A stretch of 48,571 nt of DNA from Candidatus Thorarchaeota archaeon (GCA_011364905.1 RDNZ01000020.1:1-48571); one strand, 5' to 3'; shown: positions 1 through 10,319, counted from the first letter of the stretch. Numbers and translations: made by a program. The notes: generated by a model from the letters alone, not told the origin.

Positions 1-519
1 AATCAGAGGGAGAATCTCATCGCTCTTGGACCACTTCTTTAACGAAACCAGACCATCCGCAGATATCGCCCTCAGATAACCCTGCACATCAAGAGAGGTC
101 AAGGCCCCCATATCCCTTGCCAGCTGAAAGCATTCCTTCTCGATCTCATTATCAGAAAGAGGTGAAAAGAGGATTATCCTTGCTTTGGAGCCCAGCCTCA
201 TGATGTCAGAACACTGGATTTGTGGCGCGAGAGCTTCCACTTTCTGTGTACGCTCCCCAGCAGCATCATACATATTGACGAACCGGGTTGTTTGAGTACC
301 TTCACAATGTAGTCCAGACAGATTGAGACCTGAGGAGAGTAGTTCATGCCTGTATGACTCCTCAAAGTCTGCTCCGACCTTTGAAACGATTCCAGCACCA
401 AAAGCACCAATCGCAGGAGCCAACATCGCGTAAGCTGGGGCACCTCCCAGCATCTCACGACGGGCATCGGGTGTGATTATTAGGTCTCGACTGAGGTGTC
501 CTACTACTACAAGTTCCAT
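1..519 (-). CDS. PfkB/ribokinase-family carbohydrate or nucleoside kinase (runs off window edge, 3' partial)
   Basis: Not in ORF track. Manual translation from ATG at 519 is open to base 1: MELVVVGHLSRDLIITPDARREMLGGAPAYAM...IVSKVGADF...TTRFVNMYDAAGERTQ...SLDVQG. These match PfkB N-terminal motifs (VVG..D, GG..Y, VG.DF, G.RT, D.QG). Confidence 0.85.
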   Translation of the reverse strand, partial: MELVVVGHLSRDLIITPDARREMLGGAPAYAMLAPAIGAFGAGIVSKVGADFEESYRHELLSSGLNLSGLHCEGTQTTRFVNMYDAAGERTQKVEALAPQIQCSDIMRLGSKARIILFSPLSDNEIEKECFQLARDMGALTSLDVQGYLRAISADGLVSLKKWSKSDEILPLI

Positions 520-632
520 CTTATTCAGAGGGCTCACTCTACGACCCTCTCCTATAACTTCTACGTTCAATGTGTAACAGAAGGCAACGGTTTTAATCTC
601 TCATTCCATCCCAGTATATTGGGTGCGAAATC

Positions 633-914
633 TTGGCACAAGTCTTGGTGAAGTTCTTTGCCACTGTCAGAGAGGTCACAGGGGTCAAAAGCCTAGAACT
701 TGAGGCAGAAACCGTAAAGGAACTTCTGCAGTCATTGGTCATGACCTATGGTGACAAGTTCAAAGACACCGTTATTGATGAGAATACAGGAAATCTGAAG
801 CAGTTCTTCTCATGCATGGTGAATGGAAAACGAATCGAGCTTCTCGATGGTTATGACACAGTCTTGAAGGACAAGGACTCAGTAGCACTGTTCCCACCTG
901 TTGGAGGGGGATAA
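633..914 (+). CDS. MoaD/ThiS/SAMP ubiquitin-like sulfur carrier protein
   Basis: 93 aa, VKFFATVRE start, VNGK, ends FPPVGGG (C-terminal diglycine); TTG start. Confidence 0.92.
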   Translation: MAQVLVKFFATVREVTGVKSLELEAETVKELLQSLVMTYGDKFKDTVIDENTGNLKQFFSCMVNGKRIELLDGYDTVLKDKDSVALFPPVGGG

Positions 915-2321
915 ATGAGTAGTACCCTCACGTCAACCTTCAGAAGACAGGCGAGAGGGTCAGCTGATCTTGTTGTAAAGAACGCAAAGCTCCTCCTTGA
1001 ATCAGGTATTGCTCATGGAGGCATAGGAGTAGTTAATGGGAAAATTGTTATCATTGCTCGAGATGAACACCTACCTGAGGCCGGCACTGTCATTGATGCA
1101 GAGGGAAATATCCTGATGCCAGGGCTCATCGATGCTCACGCACACATCCATGATCCCAACAGGCTAGAACATGAAACATTCACAACTGGCTCAAAGGCTG
1201 CTGTTGCAGGGGGTGTGACCACCTTTGTTGACATGCCTCTTACAAATCAAGTTGATACCATTAAGGCTGTTGAAGAAAAAATCAGTCAAGGAGAAGAGAT
1301 GAGCGTTGCTGACTTCACTTTCTACGCTGGAATGATGAACTCGGAAAATCATGTCGCTATTCCCCTTCTTGCTGAAAGAGGGGTTGCGGCGTTTAAGGCG
1401 TTCACATGCAAGCCATTTCAGACAAACAATGGAGTAATTGTGAAGTGCCTGAGTGAAGTTTCTGAGATTGGAGGACATCTCACAATTCATGCAGAAGACC
1501 AGGGTGTTTTGGATGAGTTCGCAAGTGAGATGGATGACAACTGGGACGCGCCTATCAGCCATTCCCTTGCAAGACCAAACATTGCTGAGCAACTAGCTAT
1601 CCACCAGTGCATCAATATTGCAGAGAAAACAGGTGGTCATCTGCACATCGCCCATGTAACAACCAGAGAGGGGATACAGGAGGTAGAGAGAGGACGGTTG
1701 CATGGGGTCATGGTGACTACCGAAGTGTGTCCTCATCATCTTGTATTCTATCGGGATGATATGAACCGACTTGGCCCCAAGAGTAAGATGAACCCGCCCC
1801 TTAGAACAAAAGAGGACAGAGCAGCCCTCTGGTCAGCACTGCTTCGTGGTGCTATCGATATAGTCGTGAGTGACCATGCACCATGTCCAATAGAGATGAA
1901 AGAGGCTGGTTCTGAAGATATACGAGAGGCGTGGTCAGGAGTTGATGGAATTCAGATGATCCTCAGGGTCCTTATGTCTGAGGGAATCAACAAGGCACGA
2001 CTCTCCTACTCACGGCTACTGAGGATATGTTCTCGTAATCCTGCTAGACTATTCGGACTCTATCCAAAGAAGGGGGTTCTACGTATCGGTGCGGATGCGG
2101 ACTTTGTTGTGATAGATCAGAACAAGGAAGAAAGAATCACTGCAGATATGATGGAATCAAAGTGTGGATGGACACTCTATGAGGGATTGACAATGAAAGG
2201 AGCGCCTGTAATGACCTTTATCAGAGGCGTACAAGTGTTCGACAAGGGTATTGTGACAGTAAGGCCCGGCCTTGGGAGATTCCAAGCTATGGGCACAGGA
2301 GATCGACAAACAGGAGACTAA
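915..2321 (+). CDS. Cyclic amidohydrolase (allantoinase/hydantoinase/dihydroorotase family)
   Basis: PGLIDAHAH, AVAGGVTT..DMP, FKAF (carbamylated Lys), IHAED, HIAHVTT, EVCPHHL, KMNPPLR, SDHAP, NPARLFG, GADAD. Confidence 0.9.
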   Translation: MSSTLTSTFRRQARGSADLVVKNAKLLLESGIAHGGIGVVNGKIVIIARDEHLPEAGTVIDAEGNILMPGLIDAHAHIHDPNRLEHETFTTGSKAAVAGGVTTFVDMPLTNQVDTIKAVEEKISQGEEMSVADFTFYAGMMNSENHVAIPLLAERGVAAFKAFTCKPFQTNNGVIVKCLSEVSEIGGHLTIHAEDQGVLDEFASEMDDNWDAPISHSLARPNIAEQLAIHQCINIAEKTGGHLHIAHVTTREGIQEVERGRLHGVMVTTEVCPHHLVFYRDDMNRLGPKSKMNPPLRTKEDRAALWSALLRGAIDIVVSDHAPCPIEMKEAGSEDIREAWSGVDGIQMILRVLMSEGINKARLSYSRLLRICSRNPARLFGLYPKKGVLRIGADADFVVIDQNKEERITADMMESKCGWTLYEGLTMKGAPVMTFIRGVQVFDKGIVTVRPGLGRFQAMGTGDRQTGD

Positions 2322-2324
2322 GCC

Positions 2325-2819
2325 TTGACTGAACTCAACTTTGTCTTTGGTGACCCAAGAGTTTGTTCTGGATGCATGACGTGCGCAAACGTCTGCAGTA
2401 TGTACTTCTATAAAGTAATCAGTCCTGCGCGTTCGCGTAACCGTGTCCTAAGGATCGAGCCAGCGCTCGACTTTCCACTCTTCTGCAGGAACTGTGAGGA
2501 TGCTCCTTGTATCGACGCATGCCCAGAACAGGCACTTATGAGGACTTCAAAGGGTGTTGTGATTGTCAACAACAAAAAATGTGTGGGGCACGGCGAATGT
2601 GTCAAGGCTTGCCCCTATTACGCGATTCAAATCCATCCGGATACTGGTAAGGCATTCAAATGTATCCAATGTGGGGAGTGTGTGGACCGCTGCCCCGCTG
2701 ATGCCCTCTTCATGACAACGGAAAAGGACCTCGCAGAGAGGGACAAGGATGGAAGCATGATGATGTTATATGAACACCACAAAGAGGAGATTTACGGCAA
2801 AGAGGAGGAGTCACGATGA
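2325..2819 (+). CDS. 4Fe-4S dicluster protein (AOR-associated electron-transfer subunit)
   Basis: Four Cys clusters: CSGCMTC..C, CRNCEDAPC..CP, CVGHGEC..CP, CIQCGEC..CP. Overlaps the AOR start. Confidence 0.9.
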   Translation: MTELNFVFGDPRVCSGCMTCANVCSMYFYKVISPARSRNRVLRIEPALDFPLFCRNCEDAPCIDACPEQALMRTSKGVVIVNNKKCVGHGECVKACPYYAIQIHPDTGKAFKCIQCGECVDRCPADALFMTTEKDLAERDKDGSMMMLYEHHKEEIYGKEEESR

Positions 2820-4690
2820 TAGATGGAGTTGGCGGCCATACTCTCTGGGTGAATCTTACTAAAGGGTCTATAGAAAAGAAACCCCTAGATGAGGAGGTAA
2901 TCAGTAACTATCTCATGGGCGCGGGGTATCTCTCGCGAGTCCTCTTTGATCTGATACCTCAAGGGATAGATCCCCTCAGTGAGAAGAATGTTCTGGGGAT
3001 GGCAACAGGACTTCTCACGGGTTCAATGTTCCCTCAAGCCTCAAGGCATGTTATTGCAGCACTCTCACCACTGACTGATATTTGGGGCGAAAGCCACGCC
3101 GCTGGATTTTGGGGCGCAGAACTCAAGTTTGCAGGATATGATGCGATTGTGTTTACGGGGGCATCTACAAGTCCTGTGTATCTTAACATCAAAGACGATG
3201 ATGTAGACCTGCTGGATGCCGAGGAGGCCGGGATTTGGGGAAAAGATGTTTTTGAAACGGATGATATTCTCAAGGAGAAGCATGGAAAGAGAATACGGAC
3301 TTTGTCAATTGGGCAGGCCGGAGAGAACCTTGTGCGATTCGCAGCTATTATGAATGACCGTGATCGAGCATCAGCTCGTTCTGGATTAGGCGCAGTGATG
3401 GGATCCAAGAGACTGAAGGCGGTCTCAGTCCGGGGGACTGGAAAGCTGACTGTAGCGGACCCGAAGAATTACCTAAAACAGATTGACGTGTTCCACAAGC
3501 GGATGATGGCGAATCCATTCACTCCTGGTCGTATCAAGTACGGTACCACGAGTCTTGTCGAACTGATGCAACATATTGGACGATTGCCAAGCTACAATAT
3601 GAGACAAGGAGTCTTTGATGGATTCGAGAAGATAAGTGGCGATGCAATCAACGAGAAATATCTCGTGAAAGCGAGAGCTGACTTCTCATGCCTACAGCGA
3701 TGTGGTCGTTACACGGCAGTTCGAAGTGGTCCCTATACATACGAGGGAGGTGCTCCTGAGTTTGAAACCCAATCGGCTATGGGATCACGATGCGGTAATG
3801 ACAACCTTGAGTCTGTGCTTTTTGGACATCACCTTGCAAATCAGTATGGATTGGATACAATCTCCCTAGGAGGCACTATCTCTTGGGCAATGGAAGCATG
3901 GGATGAGGGTCTCCTGACTGCTGATGACACAGGTGGAGTTGATCTCAGCTGGGGTAACCACGAAACTGTGGTGCGTCTCACACGCATGATTGCCATGAGG
4001 GAGGGTTTCGGTGATGTACTTGCGGAAGGAAGTGCCAGAGCTGCTCAGAAGATAGGGAGAGGCACAGACAAGTTTGTAATGGCTGTGAAGAAGCAAGAGA
4101 TAGCTGGACAAGAGCCACGAGCTCAGAAGTCTATGGGACTGGCTGCAGCCACCGCTGCACGCGGTGCAGACCACCTCTATGCATTTCCCGTTCTTGATGA
4201 GGCTGGTTTTGATGAGGAGATACGAGAACGCTTTGGTAAGCAGTATCTGCCCGAAATGGCCGACCGTCTAAGTCCGAAGTACAAAGGAATCATGGTCAAG
4301 GAGTGTGAAGACTACATGGTCATGATTGAGAGTGTCGGATTGTGCAAATACGGTACCCAGATCCCTCCAGAGTTCTTCTACGAGGACATAGCAGTGGCGC
4401 TGAAGATTCACAACGGATTGGAGTTGACTAAGAGAGACCTGCAAGTCATTGGAGAACGTATCGTCAACCTCAACAGACTGTTCAATGCCCGTCTAGGAGT
4501 AACAAGAAAGGATGACTGTCTACCCGAGAGACTCACAAAGGAGAAGGCGCCTCTGGGGCCACCAGCTGGAGAGGTCGTTGAACTTGATGCCATGCTTGAT
4601 GAATACTACACAGAGCGAGGCTGGGATTTGAAAACGGGTCTTCCAACAAAAGACACACTGGAAAGACTAGGGCTTGAAGAAGATGTGTGA
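2816..4690 (+). CDS. aor: Tungsten/molybdenum aldehyde:ferredoxin oxidoreductase family
   Basis: SPLT, ELKFAGYDAI, IGQAGENLVRFA, RSGLGAVMGSKRLKA, GLDTIS, RGADH, GLC, EYY..RGWD motifs. Confidence 0.93.
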   Translation: MIDGVGGHTLWVNLTKGSIEKKPLDEEVISNYLMGAGYLSRVLFDLIPQGIDPLSEKNVLGMATGLLTGSMFPQASRHVIAALSPLTDIWGESHAAGFWGAELKFAGYDAIVFTGASTSPVYLNIKDDDVDLLDAEEAGIWGKDVFETDDILKEKHGKRIRTLSIGQAGENLVRFAAIMNDRDRASARSGLGAVMGSKRLKAVSVRGTGKLTVADPKNYLKQIDVFHKRMMANPFTPGRIKYGTTSLVELMQHIGRLPSYNMRQGVFDGFEKISGDAINEKYLVKARADFSCLQRCGRYTAVRSGPYTYEGGAPEFETQSAMGSRCGNDNLESVLFGHHLANQYGLDTISLGGTISWAMEAWDEGLLTADDTGGVDLSWGNHETVVRLTRMIAMREGFGDVLAEGSARAAQKIGRGTDKFVMAVKKQEIAGQEPRAQKSMGLAAATAARGADHLYAFPVLDEAGFDEEIRERFGKQYLPEMADRLSPKYKGIMVKECEDYMVMIESVGLCKYGTQIPPEFFYEDIAVALKIHNGLELTKRDLQVIGERIVNLNRLFNARLGVTRKDDCLPERLTKEKAPLGPPAGEVVELDAMLDEYYTERGWDLKTGLPTKDTLERLGLEEDV

Positions 4691-4691
4691 T

Positions 4692-4928
4692 TCACTCGCA
4701 TGTCGCGCAGACATTGGTTATCGTGTCTCTCACTCCGTCGACTTTTCGGAGATCATTTACCACAAAGGAACTGAGTGCTTCGGGCGTTTTAAAGACACAC
4801 TTGATCAGAAGGTCATATGCCCCATAAATTAGATACGCTTCTTCCACTTGGTCTAAATTGCGGACCTCATCCAAGATCGCCCGCGACTTTGTCGACTCGA
4901 CTTTGGCCATGATGAAGGCAATGATCAC
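4692..4928 (-). CDS. Stand-alone Lrp/AsnC ligand-binding (RAM) domain protein
   Basis: 78 aa, VEEAYLIYGAYDLL, LRKVDGVRDTIT; no HTH. Confidence 0.85.
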   Translation of the reverse strand: MIIAFIMAKVESTKSRAILDEVRNLDQVEEAYLIYGAYDLLIKCVFKTPEALSSFVVNDLRKVDGVRDTITNVCATCE

Positions 4929-5084
4929 TTCTATTCCACCAGCGGTTTCTCTCTTCGTGTTCTATCTACTTCAGCCAACATAAAACTGTTGCTGGATATA
5001 GACATTACCGTCAATCATTAGGTTCGCATGGCTTTCTCATAGCCATCCCAAATGCACCCATGACAAAGAACTTGACCTCTACAA

Positions 5085-6383
5085 TTAGCTGACGTGATTG
5101 AATTTGAGATGATACGTGGTCCCGGTGACACTCATGTCCTCAAGGTTATCTGAAACGTGAAGTGAAACTCCCTGGAGCGACGCGATGCCCCGAATAAGAA
5201 GTATACCAAGCCCGACAAGTGGTCTGTTTGGCTTGGATAGAGAGTCAGGTGTGTTCAAAAATGTCTTGACCTTTTCGGAGAGGCCGCTTCCTCTGTCACT
5301 AATGGTTAGTTCCACACCATTCGGGTTCATTGCCTTGGCCTGAACTAGTATAGAAGGGCTGCCATGTTTGAAGGCATTATCAAAGATGTTCCAAAGAAGC
5401 TCATGAACAAGTCTTGAGTTTTCGATCTTCGTATCAGCGGGAATCTGGACCTGAACTTGCTCGGGTGTGAGTTTGTATTCCTTTATAACACGTTCAGTAG
5501 CCTTTTCGACAATGGTCAGCAACTGAATCATTTCAGAGGGAGTTTCAGCTTTACTAATGGATACCGAGAGGTCTCTCATCTCATCGATAAAATGTCCCGC
5601 ATCCTCAAGGACCGCTGTAGCGATGTTTATCCACTGGTTTTCAACAGGATTCTCAATTTCTGTGAGCTCTAGGGCATGCCTAGCTGTCTGGATGTAATTT
5701 CTGATGTCATGTTCAACCAAACCAGAGAGAACCTCTGAAATCTGATACTGGTTTTCAAGGTCTTTTGTAACAGTCCCTGTGAACATCGTAAGCATTGCTG
5801 ACGCTGTAATGATGACTCCCAAAGCTTGTAGAGTGACGAAGGGATCGAACAAACCAAAGTCGATTATTGTGAAAGGTACCATGAACCAAGAGCCTGCCCA
5901 AATCAGAAAACCAAGGACCAACCACAAATTGGACATGTTTCCCATGCCATCAAAGCGGAAGACAACCCGAGCGGATAATATGCAAACATATGCAACATAG
6001 AACCCTAGGGGAATGAAGACATACTGAAATCCAAGGTGGACTATCAGACCTAGGAGCAGATAGCAGCTGAAGAAAGTAACTCCTGCTATATAGAATCGTA
6101 GTCGCTTCCTAGTAATTTCTGTTGTGCGGATTCCATCCAGGATGAGTGTGATTCCAATGAACATGGCATTGATGGCAATAAAGTCGAGAGGCGAGAGTCC
6201 AGAAGGCGATGAGGCAAAACCACCCTGAAGGGCACCAACAGTGTAGACCAGCCAACCAATTGCCCAGACTCGGTATCCCTGTCGCTTGGAATAGTGGATC
6301 AAGCCCCATGCCACGGTGCCATAGAATATGATGAATGTAAAGATAAGAACCATATTAAGCACAAGGGCGGTCGCTTGCATCAT
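5085..6383 (-). CDS. Membrane-bound sensor histidine kinase (about 7 TM helices plus HisKA/HATPase)
   Basis: Hydrophobic N-terminal half; H-box EHDIRN, N-box WNIFDNAFKHG, G1 SDRGSG, G2 GLGILL. Confidence 0.85.
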   Translation of the reverse strand: MMQATALVLNMVLIFTFIIFYGTVAWGLIHYSKRQGYRVWAIGWLVYTVGALQGGFASSPSGLSPLDFIAINAMFIGITLILDGIRTTEITRKRLRFYIAGVTFFSCYLLLGLIVHLGFQYVFIPLGFYVAYVCILSARVVFRFDGMGNMSNLWLVLGFLIWAGSWFMVPFTIIDFGLFDPFVTLQALGVIITASAMLTMFTGTVTKDLENQYQISEVLSGLVEHDIRNYIQTARHALELTEIENPVENQWINIATAVLEDAGHFIDEMRDLSVSISKAETPSEMIQLLTIVEKATERVIKEYKLTPEQVQVQIPADTKIENSRLVHELLWNIFDNAFKHGSPSILVQAKAMNPNGVELTISDRGSGLSEKVKTFLNTPDSLSKPNRPLVGLGILLIRGIASLQGVSLHVSDNLEDMSVTGTTYHLKFNHVS

Positions 6384-6539
6384 CAGGAGTCTCCACTAGT
6401 ATCAAATGTCAAACACGGTCTTAAGTAGACTAGATTTCAAGTGCTAAATATACGTAGCTATGATATATTCTGCAAGTGAGTGTTGCGGTTTCCACAACAA
6501 TGGGCTCTTCGTTGTACTAGTCCTAATCAGCCTCAGCGT

Positions 6540-6567
6540 GGAAAAAGGAAAGGAGTGCGAGGACTCC
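6540..6567 (-). terminator. Putative terminator after leuS
   Basis: Short hairpin AGGAGT/ACTCCT followed on the minus strand by a T-rich tract (TTTCCTTTTTCC). Confidence 0.4.
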
Positions 6568-6581
6568 TCAGTGGGACCCTC

Positions 6582-9485
6582 TTACTCCAAAAATATCGAA
6601 ACTCTGCCTGGTAGAGCAAACCGTGCCTTGTTCTGTGGATCATATTCTGGCTTTTCGGAGCTGTGAACAACTATCTCCATACCTAATTCTGACTTCATAT
6701 GACTGGCAGAGTCATTGAGAGCGAACCTCTCCGACTTCGAGCTGGATGAGTGAGCCCATAGACCATTCTCTTTCGCGATACGGTCAACAATGCTCTTGAC
6801 CTCTTTGCCATGTATCCTGAAGTCTTCATTGGACATCAAATGCTTCATGATATCCCCAACGACAATGGATAGTTTGGCTTTCCTGATGCTGTTCATAGCT
6901 TTGAACATCCATTCAGGTGCAACATAGAGATGAGCTGTCTTGGCCTTCTTCCCTTTCATTAGCTTCACAATCTCTCTGATATCTCGAATGGTAGACTCGA
7001 CGACCTCGTATGAGGTTTCCACCTCCCGGTCAATGAGTTTCTTATTGGGTTTTGGCCAATCTGCCACCGAAATATATCCATCACGACCAATCTTGGACCA
7101 AATCTCCTCACACATGTGAGGCATTAGTGGCGTCGCTAATCGCACCCAAATGTCGCATACGTAGGCCATTGTGGCATCGCGCTCTTCTTTTGGAATGCCC
7201 GGTCGTTTCAAGTACTGGTTGACTACACGGATCATCTCTGATGTTGCATTAATCGCATAATCGCGCAGTCGAAAGTTCTCAATGAAATTTGTGCAATTCT
7301 CCACTATTGTGTTTACTCGGGAAACAATCCATCTTGTTGCCATGCTCACATTGTCCTGTTTTGTGAAGACCTTGGGAGTCTTCTTTGCATACTTGGACAT
7401 GATGTCGTAGAACTGTCGAGTCCTTCCAGTCATGGCGGAAACATCTCGCTCATGCCACTCCATGAGGGAGGCTGGTTCAGCGGCAGCCATAGCATAGACC
7501 CGGAAGACATCAGCGCTATACTTCTTTGGAACTTCTACCAGAGGAATTACACTCCCCTTGCTCTTGCTCATTTTCCCACCTGCCATGACCAGATACTCGC
7601 TTATGCTGATCCGTTTAATCCAGTATTTCTTTGGAAAGATTGCTACATGGTGAAAGAGTGCAAAGCTTAGATGATTGGGGATGTGAGCTGGATTCGTATG
7701 ACGCTGGTCGTTCGGATACCAGTAACGAAACTCATTCTGCATAGTTTCTAGCAGAGTTGAGGCAATTCCAGTTGATTTGCTCACCTTTAGGGGAGTCCCT
7801 TTGCCAAGAAATATGTAGTCAAAGAAGGCTGGAGTCAACTGATCTGGTTTCAGCTTGTTATTCCTGATATGATGTGCAATGGTGTAGTATGCCATGTATA
7901 TTGTTGAATCTGACAATGACTCGATAATCCAGTCCGGGTCAAAAGGCAGTCTTGTTCCAATTCCACGTTTGCGTGCGCAAGGTCGCTGGGTCAGCCAATC
8001 GAATGTGTTCTCGAACAAAACCCTATACGTGTCAGGAACAATATCCATGGATGCGAGAGCCCCTCGTGTTTTATCTTTCCATCCCGGACTTGTATAGTCC
8101 AAGAACCATTGACCAGCAAAGACTCCAACTTGAACATCAGTGCCACACTTACATACAACCGGCCGCTCATCTGGTTCATAAAAGACATCTACTCTGTTGA
8201 TAGACCGCATCCACTCAACAACATCTTCTTTTACGTCCTTAATCATCCTACCAGAGAACTGTTCGCAGTTGTCCTTCATCACACCATCGTAAAATTCAGC
8301 CTTGTAGATTTCTTGAGTTGCATCCTCTAGCTTTTCTCCCTCTTTTTGCGACTTGATATTGCGTCGTTCGACAGCGTCTTTTGCAGGGAATTCACTATAA
8401 CCCTTCATATCGATCATGCCAATGATTGAGATGCCTCGAACATCCTCAGCTGAGATCCCGAATTTCTCTAGACCAGAAGGATTGTCCCATAGGTCTCTCA
8501 ACGCAATGTAGTCGAAAGGCGCATGACCAGGGACAGAGTAAACAACCCCAGTGGCATTATTCACATCCACAAACTCGGCCGGTAAGATGGGAATCTCATG
8601 CTCGTCATGGATGGCTCTGAACTTCTTCCCAATTATCTTCGAACCTGAGAAGGTCTCTAGGACCTCAACAGTCTTGGCCTGAAGTCTCAGCTTCTCTACT
8701 GCCGCCTTTGCGACCACCCACTTCTCTCCATCAACTTTGGCCCAAACATACTTCTTTGTCGGATGAATCCACATGTTGGTAACGCCAAAGATTGTTTCTG
8801 GTCGCAGCGTTGCTGCAACGAGAAATCCATCCTCGAAAGGCCATTTTATTGCTGTGAACTCCTTTATTTTGGCAGTGGCACCCTCCAGTAGGTCATCCTC
8901 ACCGACAGGGTTTCCATCTTTCGGACAATACAATAGAGGATAGTTACCCTGCTTGATGTATCCCTTATCCTTGAATTTCTGATATTGCCATTCTACGAAT
9001 TTGTTGTACTCCTTGTCTCCTGTTGTAAACCGTCTTCGCCAATCAATCCCCAGTCCTAGGGCATCGAAATCCTGGGAAATCACCTTCGCAAAAAATGAAG
9101 CTGTTGTCCAAGGGTCAACAAACTTGGCTAGTTGGGCATCAACCTCCTCTTCAGTATCAAAGTATAACCGTAGGTCGCGTTTGTATTGTTCGATTGCCAC
9201 TGGATCGCCAGCTTTTATCCTATCGACCATTCCTTGAATTGGGGTCCCAGTCATGTGAGAAGCCATGGGAAACAGCACATTGAATCCCTGCATTCGCTTG
9301 TATCGAGCAATCACATCACCAATTGTGTAGGTTCTGCCATGCCCAATATGCAAAGCACCGTTCACATAGGGATAAGGAACTGTCAGAAAGAATTTCTTCC
9401 GTTTAGGATCAGGGTCAACCTCAAACACATGGTCCTTTCTCCAGCGTTTCTGCCATTTCTTCTCAATCTTAGCAATATCACTCAT
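6582..9485 (-). CDS. leuS: Leucyl-tRNA synthetase (archaeal/eukaryotic type)
   Basis: PYPYVNGALHIGH, ATLRPETIFG editing domain, VYSVPGHAPFDY, IESLSDSTIYMAYYT, KMSKSKG, C-terminal ALPGRVSI. Confidence 0.97.
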   Translation of the reverse strand: MSDIAKIEKKWQKRWRKDHVFEVDPDPKRKKFFLTVPYPYVNGALHIGHGRTYTIGDVIARYKRMQGFNVLFPMASHMTGTPIQGMVDRIKAGDPVAIEQYKRDLRLYFDTEEEVDAQLAKFVDPWTTASFFAKVISQDFDALGLGIDWRRRFTTGDKEYNKFVEWQYQKFKDKGYIKQGNYPLLYCPKDGNPVGEDDLLEGATAKIKEFTAIKWPFEDGFLVAATLRPETIFGVTNMWIHPTKKYVWAKVDGEKWVVAKAAVEKLRLQAKTVEVLETFSGSKIIGKKFRAIHDEHEIPILPAEFVDVNNATGVVYSVPGHAPFDYIALRDLWDNPSGLEKFGISAEDVRGISIIGMIDMKGYSEFPAKDAVERRNIKSQKEGEKLEDATQEIYKAEFYDGVMKDNCEQFSGRMIKDVKEDVVEWMRSINRVDVFYEPDERPVVCKCGTDVQVGVFAGQWFLDYTSPGWKDKTRGALASMDIVPDTYRVLFENTFDWLTQRPCARKRGIGTRLPFDPDWIIESLSDSTIYMAYYTIAHHIRNNKLKPDQLTPAFFDYIFLGKGTPLKVSKSTGIASTLLETMQNEFRYWYPNDQRHTNPAHIPNHLSFALFHHVAIFPKKYWIKRISISEYLVMAGGKMSKSKGSVIPLVEVPKKYSADVFRVYAMAAAEPASLMEWHERDVSAMTGRTRQFYDIMSKYAKKTPKVFTKQDNVSMATRWIVSRVNTIVENCTNFIENFRLRDYAINATSEMIRVVNQYLKRPGIPKEERDATMAYVCDIWVRLATPLMPHMCEEIWSKIGRDGYISVADWPKPNKKLIDREVETSYEVVESTIRDIREIVKLMKGKKAKTAHLYVAPEWMFKAMNSIRKAKLSIVVGDIMKHLMSNEDFRIHGKEVKSIVDRIAKENGLWAHSSSSKSERFALNDSASHMKSELGMEIVVHSSEKPEYDPQNKARFALPGRVSIFLE

Positions 9486-9680
9486 ATTCAGTAACCTCTA
9501 TTGATGCTGAAGGGATGGAAGATTTCAAGATGGTGTCCTCTATAAAGGACTCGCAAAAGGAGTGTTTGTTAGTTATCGAGAACGCAATCCATCCTGACTC
9601 ACTCACTCTGTTCATGCAGTAGGGGCGCCCTTATTAGAGCTATGGTCAGCTGGGATTGACTAGTTTAATTGTGAAAAAGG

Positions 9681-10319
9681 GTGGGAAGAAAGATGGACCA
9701 CAAGGACGAGTATGCAGACATCCATAGCGAACTTCGCCCTTACGCCGAGGTCCTTCGATTTTTCAAAGAACTAGAGCAAAATGGAGATGTCAAATCATAC
9801 TGTAACGGATCCAATATTGCAGGGAGGTGGATCTTTCAGATTTTCAATAGGGAGTTCGTAGAAGGACTGGCGCGAGTTATTAACGCAGCAGTCAGCTCAA
9901 AGAGAAAGAAGAAACCAGTCTTAGAAGTGATGAGTGGCGATGGACGGTTAACAGAGTTTCTCAGGCCTTTGATTAGGAAACAGTGTATTGCCACAGATAG
10001 CAAGGATGGCAGATATAATATTGGATACCCGAAGTGGGTGAAGAAGCTCGATGCGATGGAGGCAGTGGTAGAATATTCACCTTTATTCATAGTCGTATGC
10101 TGGGAACCGTATTTGTCAACAGCCGGAATTGACATTGTGAAGACGGGAATACCCACAGCTTGGATAGGGAACCCAAACAAGTGTGGTCATACAGATATCT
10201 TTGAGCAACCTTACATTCCTATGCAAAATAAATACGCTTTAAGTCGACACGATTACTTCTTAGCAGGAGACTTCAAGACAGACATCTTCTTCTTCAACTG
10301 CGAACCAGATTGGATCTGA
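9681..10319 (+). CDS. Hypothetical protein, probable class I SAM-dependent methyltransferase fold
   Basis: VLEVMSGDGRL resembles SAM motif I; IATD and VVCWEP follow. Confidence 0.5.
   Translation: MGRKMDHKDEYADIHSELRPYAEVLRFFKELEQNGDVKSYCNGSNIAGRWIFQIFNREFVEGLARVINAAVSSKRKKKPVLEVMSGDGRLTEFLRPLIRKQCIATDSKDGRYNIGYPKWVKKLDAMEAVVEYSPLFIVVCWEPYLSTAGIDIVKTGIPTAWIGNPNKCGHTDIFEQPYIPMQNKYALSRHDYFLAGDFKTDIFFFNCEPDWI

Noticed and set aside
198-467. 89-aa minus-strand ORF from the track
   Set aside because: It is an off-frame shadow of the PfkB gene (519 to 1), which carries real family motifs.
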